From a bacterium (GTDB lineage: Bacteria > Zhuqueibacterota > Zhuqueibacteria > Residuimicrobiales > Krinioviventaceae), in assembly GCA_963693055.1 (NCBI GenBank), contig OY843751.1, positions 1,568,001-1,632,000 on the forward strand: a stretch of DNA of 64,000 nucleotides, read 5' to 3'. The notes under the pieces are model-generated. The model was not told where the DNA came from, searched no databases, and saw only the letters and a list, made by a program, of their open reading frames with translations. The first letter of the stretch is position 1, and every line of letters starts with the position of its first letter. Shown one piece after another: positions 40,301-49,402 of the stretch. A program made the position numbers and the translations under genes.

Positions 40301-40511
40301 TCATCAGGCCCAGTTCTTGTCTCCTATGGCAATTTCGGTTGCATATGGTTTGATTTTCGGTACTTTGATTACCCTGATTGTGTTGCCATCTTTTCTCTCT
40401 GTTGCGAGTAGCATTCGGGTTTTCGGTTTTAAATTGGCTACCGGTAAATCTACAGAACCTGCAGCCCTTGAACCGGCAGTACGTGAAGACGTTTTTGCTT
40501 CAAAATATTAG
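37368..40511 (+). CDS. RND efflux permease (AcrB/AcrD/AcrF family)
   Basis: 1047 aa, YPGA, GILVDDGIVIAENI, RFRPVMLTSLTT. Confidence 0.95.
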   Translation: MKNLIRYFIKFPILGNTILFTMVLFGIFGFKSTRTTFFPPVPSKYIMISASYPGAAPDEIEEAIVLKIEDNLKGVTGVERVTSVSRENACSINVEMTTGYDIDVVLQDVKNAVEQVSTFPDGMEQLKVFKQEMISFAADFVISGDVDLKVLKQYSRKAERDLLSMDGISKVSLSGFPNEEIEISMRENDLRALGLTFTEVVNSIRKANIKVTGGTIKGKKEELQIRADLKGYYAKDLANHVLRTTDDGNVIYLKDVADVIDRWSESPNRVYFNGQRCVRVTIQNLNEEDLFHIAGQVKEYVADFNNTHSDAKAFVLRDGSEIIKERIDILTSNGLLGMFLVLLLLTLSLNIRMAFWVAVAIPISFAGMFMLSPFYDLTINVMSLMAMILVLGILVDDGIVIAENIYQHHERGKKPIQAAVDGTIEVLPSVTASILTTVVVFSTFFFLEGGLGDRARDIAFVVIATLMISLVEGMFILPAHIAHSRALRVSKDQVSKFEKWTDTGLKKIRDKVYSPVLKFAIHHPVVVLSIPIAVMMITVGALKGGILKTTFFPFIERRSVNITLEMPAGTPVAITDSILAGIETHVWEVNDMYKESHNGQELVTELSRNVGGGTHQGGLRVELISGEHRDWSSMDVQNHLRNQIGIVPGAQTFQVGGGGNFGMPVSIAMHGDDLDELREAKEILKGELRQLEKLKDVIDDDPPGLREVHIQLKEKAFALGLNTADVVAQVRSGFFGSEAQRILRGIDEVKIWARYTEQDRSSIKDLEDMRIRLSDGREFPLKEIADFTIQRGVMAINHIDAQRVISVEADVANQKDSVPEIISQIRAEILPDIAKQFPDIHFDFEGQSRENAKTVRAMQRVLPPVLIMMFFIVVVTFRSFSQATIVFSLIPFSLIGVLWGHYIQGHIVSMLSLFGTIALAGIVVNDSLVFISAFNQKLKKGVEFNEALLDAGLSRFRPVMLTSLTTIGGLGPLIFEKSHQAQFLSPMAISVAYGLIFGTLITLIVLPSFLSVASSIRVFGFKLATGKSTEPAALEPAVREDVFASKY

Positions 40512-40546
40512 AATTTGACATAGATTTTAATCACAGGATTGTTGAT

Positions 40547-41827
40547 ATGAATTTTAGATTTTTGTTTTTTTTAATTCTTTTTTCAGTTGCATTGCATGCA
40601 CAAGAGGTATTGACATTTCAGGATGCTGTTAAAATTGCAATGGAAAAGAACCACCAGATACAGATTGCAGAGAATACAAATAAAATTGCACAAAATAATG
40701 TAAATATTGGTAACGCAGGTATGCTGCCCCGGCTGAGTCTGACCTCTTCCGGATCATATCAGGACTCTGAATATGACGGAAATGCATCCAATTCCACGAC
40801 TACATCTGCGGCTGCAGAGTTGAGTTATACCTTGTTTGATGGATTTGGTAATATTTATCGTTTCAAGAGATTACAGGCCGCGGGTATGGCGGGCGAGCTT
40901 GCATCCCGCTTTCAGATTGAATCTACTTTGTACAATGTAAGCAGCGGCTATTATAGCGCTGCGCTGGCATCTGAAAATCTTCAAATTGCATTTGATCAAC
41001 TGGGAATTTCGCAGGAACGACTTGACCGGGCAGAAAAGAAGGCCCAGTATGGTCAGGCAAATGCCATTGAAGTTTTGTCGGCGCAAGTAGATTTTAACGC
41101 GGACAGTGTTGCGGTATTGAACGCGGAACTGGAATTGAATAAAGCCCGCCGGTTGTTGAACCAGTTGCTGAGCCGTAATATCAACGATATATATGATGTT
41201 GAATCCGTTGTTGATTTTATACCCGCATTGAATCCGGATGAATTAAAATCCAGGGCATTAAATAATAATGCCGCATACTTGCTGGAAGTGAACCAGCTTG
41301 AACAGGAAAAGCTGAATGTAAAAATTGCACGATCAGCCAGTTTACCTTCTGTGGGATTGACTAGTTCATACGGTTACAGTCAAACAGAGGCTGGGAAGCA
41401 TATCGGTTTGGATGATCCCGCCAAAACACTTCGAGTAGGTGCATCCATCAGTTTAAATTTGTTTAACGGATTTCAGACCCGTATCAATCAGCAGAATGCC
41501 AAACTGACCTATCAGAACCAGCAGTTGTACGAGCAGGAAGCCAAGCTTGCGTTAGAGACAGAAATCTCGAATGCTTGGGAAGCCTATACCAACAGCCGTA
41601 GTGTGCTGGACTTGCAGCAGAAAAATCTGGAAGCGGCAGAACTGAATTTTAAACGAACCCAGGAACTGTTTAACCTGGGACAAGCAACAACCACCCAATT
41701 CAGAGAAGCGCAGTTGAATCTGATTGAAGCCAAGTACAGCATCTCTACCGCCAAGTACTCGGCAAAGCTACAAGAGATTGAGCTGTTACGCATCTCTGGT
41801 AATCTTGTTGGGAATGAAAAGTTGTAA
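40547..41827 (+). CDS. TolC family outer-membrane efflux protein
   Basis: Signal peptide, two repeats (LPRLSL/LPSVGL, LFDGF/LFNGF), operon position. Confidence 0.92.
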   Translation: MNFRFLFFLILFSVALHAQEVLTFQDAVKIAMEKNHQIQIAENTNKIAQNNVNIGNAGMLPRLSLTSSGSYQDSEYDGNASNSTTTSAAAELSYTLFDGFGNIYRFKRLQAAGMAGELASRFQIESTLYNVSSGYYSAALASENLQIAFDQLGISQERLDRAEKKAQYGQANAIEVLSAQVDFNADSVAVLNAELELNKARRLLNQLLSRNINDIYDVESVVDFIPALNPDELKSRALNNNAAYLLEVNQLEQEKLNVKIARSASLPSVGLTSSYGYSQTEAGKHIGLDDPAKTLRVGASISLNLFNGFQTRINQQNAKLTYQNQQLYEQEAKLALETEISNAWEAYTNSRSVLDLQQKNLEAAELNFKRTQELFNLGQATTTQFREAQLNLIEAKYSISTAKYSAKLQEIELLRISGNLVGNEKL

Positions 41828-41884
41828 GACTAAATTTTGATATATTTCTTCTGAGGATTCTGAAATCCTTGGGAGTTACTTTTT

Positions 41885-41916
41885 AAGGGCGTCTGGTTAA
41901 CAGGGGCCCTTTTTTT
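41885..41916 (+). terminator. Intrinsic terminator of the RND operon
   Basis: AAGGGC...GCCCTT stem followed by a T-tract. Confidence 0.6.
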
Positions 41917-42121
41917 GTATCAAGTCCGCGATTTACCAGGCACTTGTCCTTCGATATGGATCGTTTTATGGCCCGACTCTGGAAGCGTGCCTGACAAATC
42001 TGAAACAATCCTGCTTTTTTCTGCAAAAGTTATAAATCCATGGATTTTTCTCTCGCTTCCTTTTTGAAAAATGATATATTTACTGCAATCAATATTTACA
42101 TTTATCATAGGAGATAGAAAC

Positions 42122-42298
42122 ATGGAAGCAACAGATAAAGTGATTGCTACAATGCAAGAAGCGGGAGAACCGTTGAATGCCGGTAAAATTGCCGAGTTGT
42201 CCGGGTTGGACCGCAAAGATGTGGATAAAGCAATGAAGACGCTCAAAGCAGAAGAGCGTATTGTTTCTCCCAAACGGTGTTACTGGGAACCGAAATAA
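42122..42298 (+). CDS. Small (58 aa) winged-helix protein
   Basis: GGAG RBS then [58 protein letters not shown]. Confidence 0.85.
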   Translation: MEATDKVIATMQEAGEPLNAGKIAELSGLDRKDVDKAMKTLKAEERIVSPKRCYWEPK

Positions 42299-42322
42299 GT
42301 TTCATTGTTGAGATAATACAAC

Positions 42323-42477
42323 CTGGTTCCGGGGCTCTGCCCTGGAACCGAAAACGTCCCAAGGCGGAGCCTTGGAACGAGAATGAAAATCCTTCCGAGG
42401 GTACTCAAGCCTCGGAAGGATATAAATTATTACCAGCCCTTCGATACATTCGCCTACGGCGAACACTCAGGGCCCGG
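42323..42477. repeat. Composite cluster of three palindrome families
   Basis: GGTTCCGGGGCTCTGCCCTGGAACC / CGTCCCAAGGCGGAGCCTTGGAACGAG doublet at 42323-42381; ATCCTTCCGAGG...CCTCGGAAGGAT at 42389-42421; CCCTTCGATAC...ACTCAGGG at 42433-42477. Confidence 0.7.
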
Positions 42478-42478
42478 T

Positions 42479-42892
42479 TTACAATTCACCCCGATTGATC
42501 TTTTCAAGACCTGCACGCAATTTATCCGGCAAGGGGATTTTGGTGAATTTTTTCTTGTCTACAGATACACTGACGGTTCTAACCGTTGCGGTTTGGGTTC
42601 CGTCTTGTTTGTATATGTTATAGAGCAGGGTATAGGCTGTGCTGCCAATGCGTTCGGCAGTGACTTGCACTGTGAGCTTGTCGCCACCGCGGATGGGGGA
42701 GAGATAATCTGCTTCTGAATGGACAAAGGGCAAAATAAAATCACAATCCGATATGATAGTATTAACCGGCAAATCCATTTTCTCCATCAATTCTTCATAG
42801 GCATCGTGAGTGATTTCATAGATTTTGGCGTAAAATAATATTCCGGCTGCGTCTGTGTGATAGAGTCGCGCTTGAGTGTGGTGTGTATACAT
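42479..42892 (-). CDS. Hotdog-fold acyl-CoA thioesterase (4HBT-like)
   Basis: TDAAGILFY, HSEADYLSP, IGSTAYTL. Confidence 0.88.
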   Translation of the reverse strand: MYTHHTQARLYHTDAAGILFYAKIYEITHDAYEELMEKMDLPVNTIISDCDFILPFVHSEADYLSPIRGGDKLTVQVTAERIGSTAYTLLYNIYKQDGTQTATVRTVSVSVDKKKFTKIPLPDKLRAGLEKINRGEL

Positions 42893-42957
42893 CTGTTTGT
42901 TTTCCTTTTATGTTATGCAATATGTATGTAAAACTATGTTTATATAAAAATCAATTA

Positions 42958-43080
42958 AAGTGCATCGCCTTTATGCGCGAGACCGCCTACCGGTGGTATA
43001 CGTCGGACCGTTAGGTCCGTTTTTTAAGTATTTTGAGCGAGTCTGCGACTCGCCGCTGTGCATAAAGGCACAGCACTCCA
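42958..43080. repeat. REPIN/MITE-like element with inverted ends and internal hairpins
   Basis: Left AGTGCATCGCCTTTATGCGCG; right reverse complement GGAGTGCTGTGCCTTTATGCACAGC; internal CGGACC-GTTA-GGTCCG and GCGAGTC-TGC-GACTCGC hairpins. Confidence 0.55.
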
Positions 43081-43112
43081 TTTCTTACACTTTATTTGAT
43101 GGGATTCTGTAA

Positions 43113-43145
43113 ATCCTCCCGAGAAAAATTTTCACTCGGGAGGGT
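43113..43145 (-). terminator. Hairpin downstream of the DUF6786 gene (possible terminator)
   Basis: ATCCTCCCGAG...CTCGGGAGGGT. Confidence 0.45.
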
Positions 43146-43168
43146 AATCTCATCGAAATGAATCTGGT

Positions 43169-44386
43169 TTATTTAAACGCCGTTTTTATATCTTCTATTC
43201 CGACACCCAATACAGCTTTGGCGATTGAATTCAGCTTTGCTTCATCACCCTGAATGTGCATGGTAGTACTGGTATGCAGCAGGCTTGAGCCTGGGGCCAG
43301 TGCCGCTGCGGGGGATGAGGTTTCCAGCTCGTAAAAGGGTCCAAGCAGTGATCCATCAGGATCAGCGGGGCCGTCGTTATAGCTGTTCACCACATCTCCT
43401 GAAAAAGGCTTTTCCTGAATTTCCCAAAGCGAGTTTACATAATCGGTGTTTGATGGATCAAAAGAATAGGTCACCAGCGTGAGAACTTTGCTTGCCGAAT
43501 CATAACTACCTGCCCAGGGCGTACAGCGTTGAGGAGATAAACCGATTTTACTGCGATAGTTGCCATCACCGCTGAAGTAGAGGATGCCGTCATCAATTTT
43601 GAGCCGGTCTGCTGGTACTTTACCGAAATAGACATCGTTTACGATGGGACCCAGTTCGGTTTCAGGGCCGGTTTTATATGGGATGGCAATGGTAGTAGTT
43701 GGGGATGGAGTAAACATACCCAATATCCAGATAGAGAGGAGGCCGCCATCTTTTGTCCATGCGTTACTGCCGGTGTTTTTCAGTACATTGTCTGTTTGAT
43801 AGGCCACGATATTTAAATCCTGCGCCAATTTGGTATCCAGAATGGTACTCACCGTTGAGTTGTCCAGCAGTTTAATGGTACGATCGAGTTCCAAATCAAA
43901 GGGGGTACCCGAGTAGTTGGTAATGGACATGGGTTTAACAAAGCGTACCATGGAACCGGATGACTCGGCAATGTCCCATTTCTCCTCATTCAGGCCTTTG
44001 GGGGTGTACCAGTGGTCCAGATCAAAGGGATCGCCTTTTTTGAAAAAGACGGAAAACTGTCCGCCTTCGGGACCCAGCCAGATGCGCTCTTCACCGCCAT
44101 ATGCGTTAAAATGGGGATTGTTTTCGTTGGCGCGGAACAGATCGTAATTGATCCAGCCGAAACCGGGTACATCGGGACCAGCGGCGGTGCTTGTCATGAC
44201 GCGTCCCTGCAAATCGGGGCATACGAGTACCTGTGCATTGCCATTGTTACCGGAGAGGATATGTACGCCGGTATATTGCTTTAAAAATTGAACATCATCC
44301 TGAAAAGACATTTCAACTCCTGTTTTCGGGTTTGTTGTACAGCCCATCATAATGGGGATGAGCAAGAGGGACCAAAACCGTTTCAT
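43169..44386 (-). CDS. DUF6786-like lipoprotein (mutarotase-like fold, by inference)
   Basis: MMGC lipobox; QGRVMTS, GGEERIWLGPEGGQFS, YNDGP, FYELETSSP. Confidence 0.7.
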   Translation of the reverse strand: MKRFWSLLLIPIMMGCTTNPKTGVEMSFQDDVQFLKQYTGVHILSGNNGNAQVLVCPDLQGRVMTSTAAGPDVPGFGWINYDLFRANENNPHFNAYGGEERIWLGPEGGQFSVFFKKGDPFDLDHWYTPKGLNEEKWDIAESSGSMVRFVKPMSITNYSGTPFDLELDRTIKLLDNSTVSTILDTKLAQDLNIVAYQTDNVLKNTGSNAWTKDGGLLSIWILGMFTPSPTTTIAIPYKTGPETELGPIVNDVYFGKVPADRLKIDDGILYFSGDGNYRSKIGLSPQRCTPWAGSYDSASKVLTLVTYSFDPSNTDYVNSLWEIQEKPFSGDVVNSYNDGPADPDGSLLGPFYELETSSPAAALAPGSSLLHTSTTMHIQGDEAKLNSIAKAVLGVGIEDIKTAFK

Positions 44387-44556
44387 TTTGTGACTCCCAT
44401 GTTGTTAAATGCAGTGTTCTTATAATACAAAAGCGCGGGTAAAAGTACAATGATTTTTTGAGGGGATTTTTTTGTAAATGGATGACATGTATTTTCAAGA
44501 ATACTATTTGCGGATTATAATACAGTTTTAGGCAGGGCGCTTTACCTGAAATGAAA

Positions 44557-44583
44557 TATAAAAGGTGGGCCACTGACCCACCC
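44557..44583 (-). terminator. Intrinsic terminator
   Basis: Minus strand GGGTGGG-TCAGTGG-CCCACCTTTTATAT. Confidence 0.65.
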
Positions 44584-44618
44584 AGCTGTGTAAAATTTAA
44601 CAATATAAATGATGAATG

Positions 44619-45275
44619 TTAATATTCTTTTAACAACTCGACCAACTTGGGAAATTCGGGTTTATAAAAGTCTGCAACGTTTATTAATCCTTCTTTGTAA
44701 ATACTTACCAGTTCATCATATTGGGGATTATTATTCAATTTTGCAGCAATGATAGCAATACAAGCTCTCATGGGATATAGTGAATTATGAATTGATATCT
44801 TGCTTGGGTATGCATTTAATATTTCATCTATATGATGTATTGAATTGTTTTTATTGAAATATGGTAATGCATAATTTTCAAATTTTTCTATTAATACATT
44901 GATTAAGATCTCTACATCCTGTTCATTTTCAACAAGATATTTAATTTTATTATTTGTATCAATTACAAGACCTTCATCTATTACTTCAATAATTTTACCC
45001 AGATTATTGCCAATTGTTTTTGTACCATCAAAATGCTCCGGAGCTTTTGATGCAACTTTATGATAAATATCTTCTATTTCCTTAACTTTAACGATAACGA
45101 CAGGTTCAATTAAAATATAATCACTATACTTGTAGAACAATAATCTAAAGATTTGTTTGAACCCATCATTTATTCGTGTAAATTGCCTGGATTTTTTATT
45201 TAATTTAAATCCATGTTTTTCGATTCCCACATATATATTATTTAACAATTTGTCGGAGACATCTTTAACTTTCAC
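44619..45275 (-). CDS. Hypothetical protein, AT-rich; resembles DUF4304-type immunity proteins
   Basis: AGGAG RBS plus GTG; KHGFKLNKKSRQFTR N-terminal pattern; the family call is tentative. Confidence 0.55.
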   Translation of the reverse strand: MKVKDVSDKLLNNIYVGIEKHGFKLNKKSRQFTRINDGFKQIFRLLFYKYSDYILIEPVVIVKVKEIEDIYHKVASKAPEHFDGTKTIGNNLGKIIEVIDEGLVIDTNNKIKYLVENEQDVEILINVLIEKFENYALPYFNKNNSIHHIDEILNAYPSKISIHNSLYPMRACIAIIAAKLNNNPQYDELVSIYKEGLINVADFYKPEFPKLVELLKEY

Positions 45276-45376
45276 TTTTACTCCTGGGTTATTGATTGTT
45301 CAAAGTATGTTAGTTTTTTTATCCTTCGGAAGTAAATGAGTAGTGGTCAATGAGCTCGTATAGCAAAAAAGTAAAT

Positions 45377-45946
45377 TTATTTAGGTTTTGTGTTTTTTAT
45401 AATTCTTGGAACCAATATAAAGATTTCGATTAAAAATACCAGAGTCAAATCAATTAACATAGCAAGCCTTAAAAACGCAAGGTCTTTTGGATGGTTAAAT
45501 GATAGCAAAACGTAAACAAAAATATTGAATGTATATAATGATATTAAAGTAATATTTGAAAATAGACCCGAGTAATACTGACCTTTATAGTTTTTATAAA
45601 ACATGATAAAAATCCAAAAAAATAGAATTGGTATTATCAAGTATTCAAATATAAAATATAAAAACCTGAGTGGAGTAGTTATAAGGAAAATTATTGGTAA
45701 AATGCAAATGAGAAAAATTAGCAAAAATAATCTAATTAATATTTTCCTGTTTTTATTTTTAATTACCAAACTTGTTACAAAGTCAATTGTTGCAAAAGTA
45801 TAAATAATAAACGAAAATAAGATTTACCTGTCTTGACTATTAATTAAATTGATAGTTAATAACATCAACAAAGGAAGCAATATCCGAAATAATATCGACA
45901 CAAAATTCAAGTTATAAATGCAATATTTTCTATTTCTGTTTTCCAT
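45377..45946 (-). pseudogene. Multi-TM membrane protein with an in-frame premature stop
   Basis: ATG 45946 MENRNRKYCIY...NSQDR, TAA at 45824-45826, then ILFSFIIY...SLVIKNKNRK in the same frame as ORF 45377..45769. Confidence 0.65.
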
Positions 45947-46008
45947 TTTGTTGATTTTTTTCCTTCTGAAATTAATTTTTAATCAGAGACCTTTTTTACG
46001 AACTGTTA

Positions 46009-46968
46009 TTAGTGGATAAATTCGGCTACTTTAAGATTTTCTATAAGATTATTCCCCTGATCAATTTGTATTTCAATATATGCGATTTTTCTTGAATCCG
46101 GTGACCATACACCATACACACTATTGCTGGAAATTATATAAATATTTTGATGGTTTATGTCCTGGCAGTATAGAATGCTGTTTCTGTCTATTGTTTTTGT
46201 TGCGCTGTACCATTTTAGATTTGGTGCCATCTGGAAACCATTGTTGAATATTTTCTCCTCATCCGTTAAAAGTGTATCTGCTAGTAAAATTTTTGTGTGC
46301 AGGTGATATACATAATTAGTGGGGGACATGTTCTCATCCTTGCATCCGATATAGACACAATCATTTGGCAGCCATTTTATGATTTGTAATTCATTACCCA
46401 CTGGTATGTTAAATGTGTCCAAAAGTGTCATAGATGCAAGGTCGAATATTTTCAAATTATTTTTCCCCTGTTGCAGGATTTTGTCAAAATCCGGAGAGAT
46501 AATGCCTTTTGGCAAGTCAATTTCTTTAACAGATAAATCTTTGAGATCAAGTAAAAAGTATTTCTTTTGAACAGAATATATCTCTCTAATTTGTTGGTCT
46601 ACAACGGATTTTTCTTTGTGTTTTTCTAAAACTTTGAACAAAATTGTATTGTTGTTGAAACAGTTGATGATTTCATCAACTGTTCCCGAATGTGTTATCT
46701 GTTTTTCTTTTCCGGTTTGAATGTCGAGTATGAAAATATTAGTTGGATTTAATGTGAATGGTGTATGGTCCCAATCTTCTCCGGTGGACCTTGTGTAAAT
46801 CAATGAATCATTGTCAAGCCAATGAATATTGCCAAATTCATCACTTTTACCTTCAAGTTGCAAGACCGTTGAAAAAGTGGAACCATTCTCTAACGCCAGG
46901 AGAATTTGGCCATTCAGGGAAGTTATGATTATGAAAAAAAGTACAAATGATTTTTTTGATCTGCTCAC
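46009..46968 (-). CDS. Secreted hypothetical protein, TolB/PD40-like propeller
   Basis: Signal-like N-terminus; IFILDIQTGKEKQIT and WSPDSRKIAY motifs. Confidence 0.65.
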   Translation of the reverse strand: MSRSKKSFVLFFIIITSLNGQILLALENGSTFSTVLQLEGKSDEFGNIHWLDNDSLIYTRSTGEDWDHTPFTLNPTNIFILDIQTGKEKQITHSGTVDEIINCFNNNTILFKVLEKHKEKSVVDQQIREIYSVQKKYFLLDLKDLSVKEIDLPKGIISPDFDKILQQGKNNLKIFDLASMTLLDTFNIPVGNELQIIKWLPNDCVYIGCKDENMSPTNYVYHLHTKILLADTLLTDEEKIFNNGFQMAPNLKWYSATKTIDRNSILYCQDINHQNIYIISSNSVYGVWSPDSRKIAYIEIQIDQGNNLIENLKVAEFIH

Positions 46969-47147
46969 CCGAGTTTACCCCAATTCAAGTATTATCATTG
47001 AATTTAATAATTTACTAAAAAAAATGATTAAAATCCAAGCTTCAATTTTGTTGGTCAAAGTTTAGTTTATATCGTGGGTGATTAGATATTAGATGTTAAA
47101 TAAAAGGTTGGCCAAGGGGCCCTTTTCCCCTGTTTCATGGTAAAATC

Positions 47148-47176
47148 AAAAAAGGGAGCCAAGAGCTCCCTTTTTT
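47148..47176 (-). terminator. Intrinsic terminator of rpsU
   Basis: AAAAAAGGGAGC-CAAGA-GCTCCCTTTTTT. Confidence 0.85.
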
Positions 47177-47183
47177 ATATTAA

Positions 47184-47369
47184 TTATTGACGAGAATTGG
47201 TGATTCTCGTCATGCGTTTCCTTGACTCCTGGACTTTGCGTTTCCGCTTGGCAGAAGGTTTTTCGTAAAAGCTGCGCTTTTTCAACTCTTTCAAAGTGCC
47301 TTGCTGCTGTACCTGTTTTTTGAATGCTCGTAATGCGGATTCCAGGTCATTCTTGTATACTCTGATCAT
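47184..47369 (-). CDS. rpsU: 30S ribosomal protein bS21
   Basis: [12 protein letters not shown]...[20 protein letters not shown]. Confidence 0.93.
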   Translation of the reverse strand: MIRVYKNDLESALRAFKKQVQQQGTLKELKKRSFYEKPSAKRKRKVQESRKRMTRITNSRQ

Positions 47370-47492
47370 ACTTTCTCACCTCCTCAAGGTTTGGTTTCAT
47401 GACCAGGGCAGCGGTAATCCCGTCAGGGGATTACGTGAATTAGTATGTTATATATAACACACACTTGGCACCTGAATAGTTCCATTATTTTT

Positions 47493-48290
47493 TCAAAAAG
47501 CAGGTACAATGCTTGTTTTTTCTGCTATATAGCTCTCAAATTCCTGATATATTTCATTTACTGCAGTTATATTGGGCAGGAGAGTTTTGAGAACGGTTAA
47601 AAACCCTCTTTCATAAAGTAAACGCACAGAGCTGTCAAAGTTGAGATCATATACCCACGAAGCCAGTGTAAGTTTGAGATCATTGAGATTGTTTAAATGT
47701 TTAAAATTGACAGTTTTTCTTTCCATTATCAGTTCGTAAACGGTTTCACTAACGCCTTTGGTATCGGGAAGATCAAATTCGATTGCATTGTTCTTTTCAG
47801 CATTGGGATCCGTAAAATAATCGGTAACCACTTTCCAAATATCAAGTTTGTCTGCGTCTCGTATCAGTTTTGAGAATTGCAAAGTTTTGCCGGATTCTTC
47901 TGCGGGTATCTCTGCTCGATTATGATAACGGATGCTTTTGATAATCCATTGTTTTTCTTCTTCAGGTAGTGCTGATAATATTGTGTTCTGTTCAATAATT
48001 TTCAGTCCCAATTCTGCATGATTTACAGATTTGGCATCAATAAAAGTTTTATATTTTTGAAATTGTTCAAATCTGCCAACATCGTGAAGAATGGCAATAG
48101 TCTCTGCAATATAGCGATCATTTTCAGTCTCCAGTTCGTGTTCTGCAAGATATTGCATATTTTCTACAACACGCTGACTGTGTTCACGTTTGATGTCGAA
48201 ATTTTGCTGTATTTCCCGGTCTTTGGATTCAAAGCCGTTTACGTAAGAGGTGAACCAATCCCGAATAGTGTTCTGTTGTTCTATATTCAT
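47493..48290 (-). CDS. HD-domain phosphohydrolase
   Basis: KREHS, LHDVGRF, YHN, RDADKLD. Confidence 0.9.
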   Translation of the reverse strand: MNIEQQNTIRDWFTSYVNGFESKDREIQQNFDIKREHSQRVVENMQYLAEHELETENDRYIAETIAILHDVGRFEQFQKYKTFIDAKSVNHAELGLKIIEQNTILSALPEEEKQWIIKSIRYHNRAEIPAEESGKTLQFSKLIRDADKLDIWKVVTDYFTDPNAEKNNAIEFDLPDTKGVSETVYELIMERKTVNFKHLNNLNDLKLTLASWVYDLNFDSSVRLLYERGFLTVLKTLLPNITAVNEIYQEFESYIAEKTSIVPAF

Positions 48291-48310
48291 ATATGTATCT
48301 GGTATCCTGT

Positions 48311-49219
48311 TTATGCTGATAATTTTTCTCTGACGTCTTTTAACAGTTTTAGAGTGGCGTGAATTCCCGCTGTTTCATCCAGCTCACTGCCTTCGTATTC
48401 GATACCAACATAGCCGTTGTATCCTGCATCCAATACAATTTTCATCATTTTCATAAAGTCTGTGTGGATCTCGTTGCCGTTTGCATCAAAATCGTTTGAT
48501 TTGGCACTTACAGCTTTGGCAAAAGGCATCAGTTCTGAAACGCCCAGATAGCGGTCATACATTTCACCTTCTTTGATGCGGAAATTACCAAAATCGGGCA
48601 ATGTACCACAATTGGGATGGTTAACCATTTTCATTACTCCGGCGAGCCATTTGCCATTACTGGAAACGCCACCATGATTTTCAACAATTACGTTTAAACC
48701 ATGTTCTGCGCCAAATTGTGTGAGCTTTAAAAGACCATCTGCAGCAAGTTTCATTTGTTCATCATATTCACCTTCACTGGCGGCATTAACTCGGATTGAA
48801 TGGCAGCCGAGGAATTTGGCAGCTTCTACCCATTTATAATGATTTTCAATGGCTGTCTGACGTGCGGCATCATCGGGATCGCCCAGTCTTCCTTCTCCAT
48901 CACACATGATCAACAGGCTTTTAACGCCTTCGCCCTCGGCGCGGAATTTCATTTCTTGCAAATAAGCAGTATCTTTGGCCTTGTCTTTAAAAAATTGATT
49001 AACATATTCTATACCATCAATACCAAATTCCTGTTTCGCTTTTTTTGCAAAATCCAGATGGTCCATTTCACCTGCAAATATTGCCTTGTGATATGACCAT
49101 TCTGCAAGAGAAATGTTGTACAGCAGCGGTTTTTTAGATGGGGCAGCGCAACCGGTTCCCAAAATTCCTGCGGATGCTGAAGCCATGGCAACACCTTTAA
49201 TAAAATCTCTTCTTTTCAT
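48311..49219 (-). CDS. TAT-exported sugar phosphate isomerase/epimerase (xylose isomerase-like TIM barrel)
   Basis: MKRRDFIKG (start 49219), ENHGG, LPDFGN, SAK, GIEYEG. Confidence 0.9.
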   Translation of the reverse strand: MKRRDFIKGVAMASASAGILGTGCAAPSKKPLLYNISLAEWSYHKAIFAGEMDHLDFAKKAKQEFGIDGIEYVNQFFKDKAKDTAYLQEMKFRAEGEGVKSLLIMCDGEGRLGDPDDAARQTAIENHYKWVEAAKFLGCHSIRVNAASEGEYDEQMKLAADGLLKLTQFGAEHGLNVIVENHGGVSSNGKWLAGVMKMVNHPNCGTLPDFGNFRIKEGEMYDRYLGVSELMPFAKAVSAKSNDFDANGNEIHTDFMKMMKIVLDAGYNGYVGIEYEGSELDETAGIHATLKLLKDVREKLSA

Positions 49220-49402
49220 GTAACCTTTCTCCCAATTAATTTGTAATCTTTTGAACACAATAATACTAAAAAAAATTCAGATTTCCTTATGAAAATAACG
49301 GCAAAATTTGTATGTTATTTTACTTTTTTAAAAAAATGTATGTAACTTGATCTAATCTGATTCGTATTGGTGTGTGAAAATGATAAAAAAGAGGAGCAAT
49401 AC

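Noticed and set aside
36232-41827. RND-MFP-TolC operon as a novel system
   Set aside because: Ordinary tripartite efflux architecture with canonical motifs
41920-42718. ORF-track entries 41920..42273 (-), 42277..42498 (+) and 42383..42718 (+)
   Set aside because: They are antisense shadows of real genes or translations of palindromic repeats; the same applies to most short ORFs overlapping long CDSs
45824-45826. Stop-codon readthrough or alternative genetic code
   Set aside because: It is a single TAA, and TAA terminates most genes in the window normally
47465-47483. Sigma-54 promoter TTGGCACCTGAATAGT near rpsU
   Set aside because: The -12 GC is missing and the site points away from rpsU into a convergent gene end
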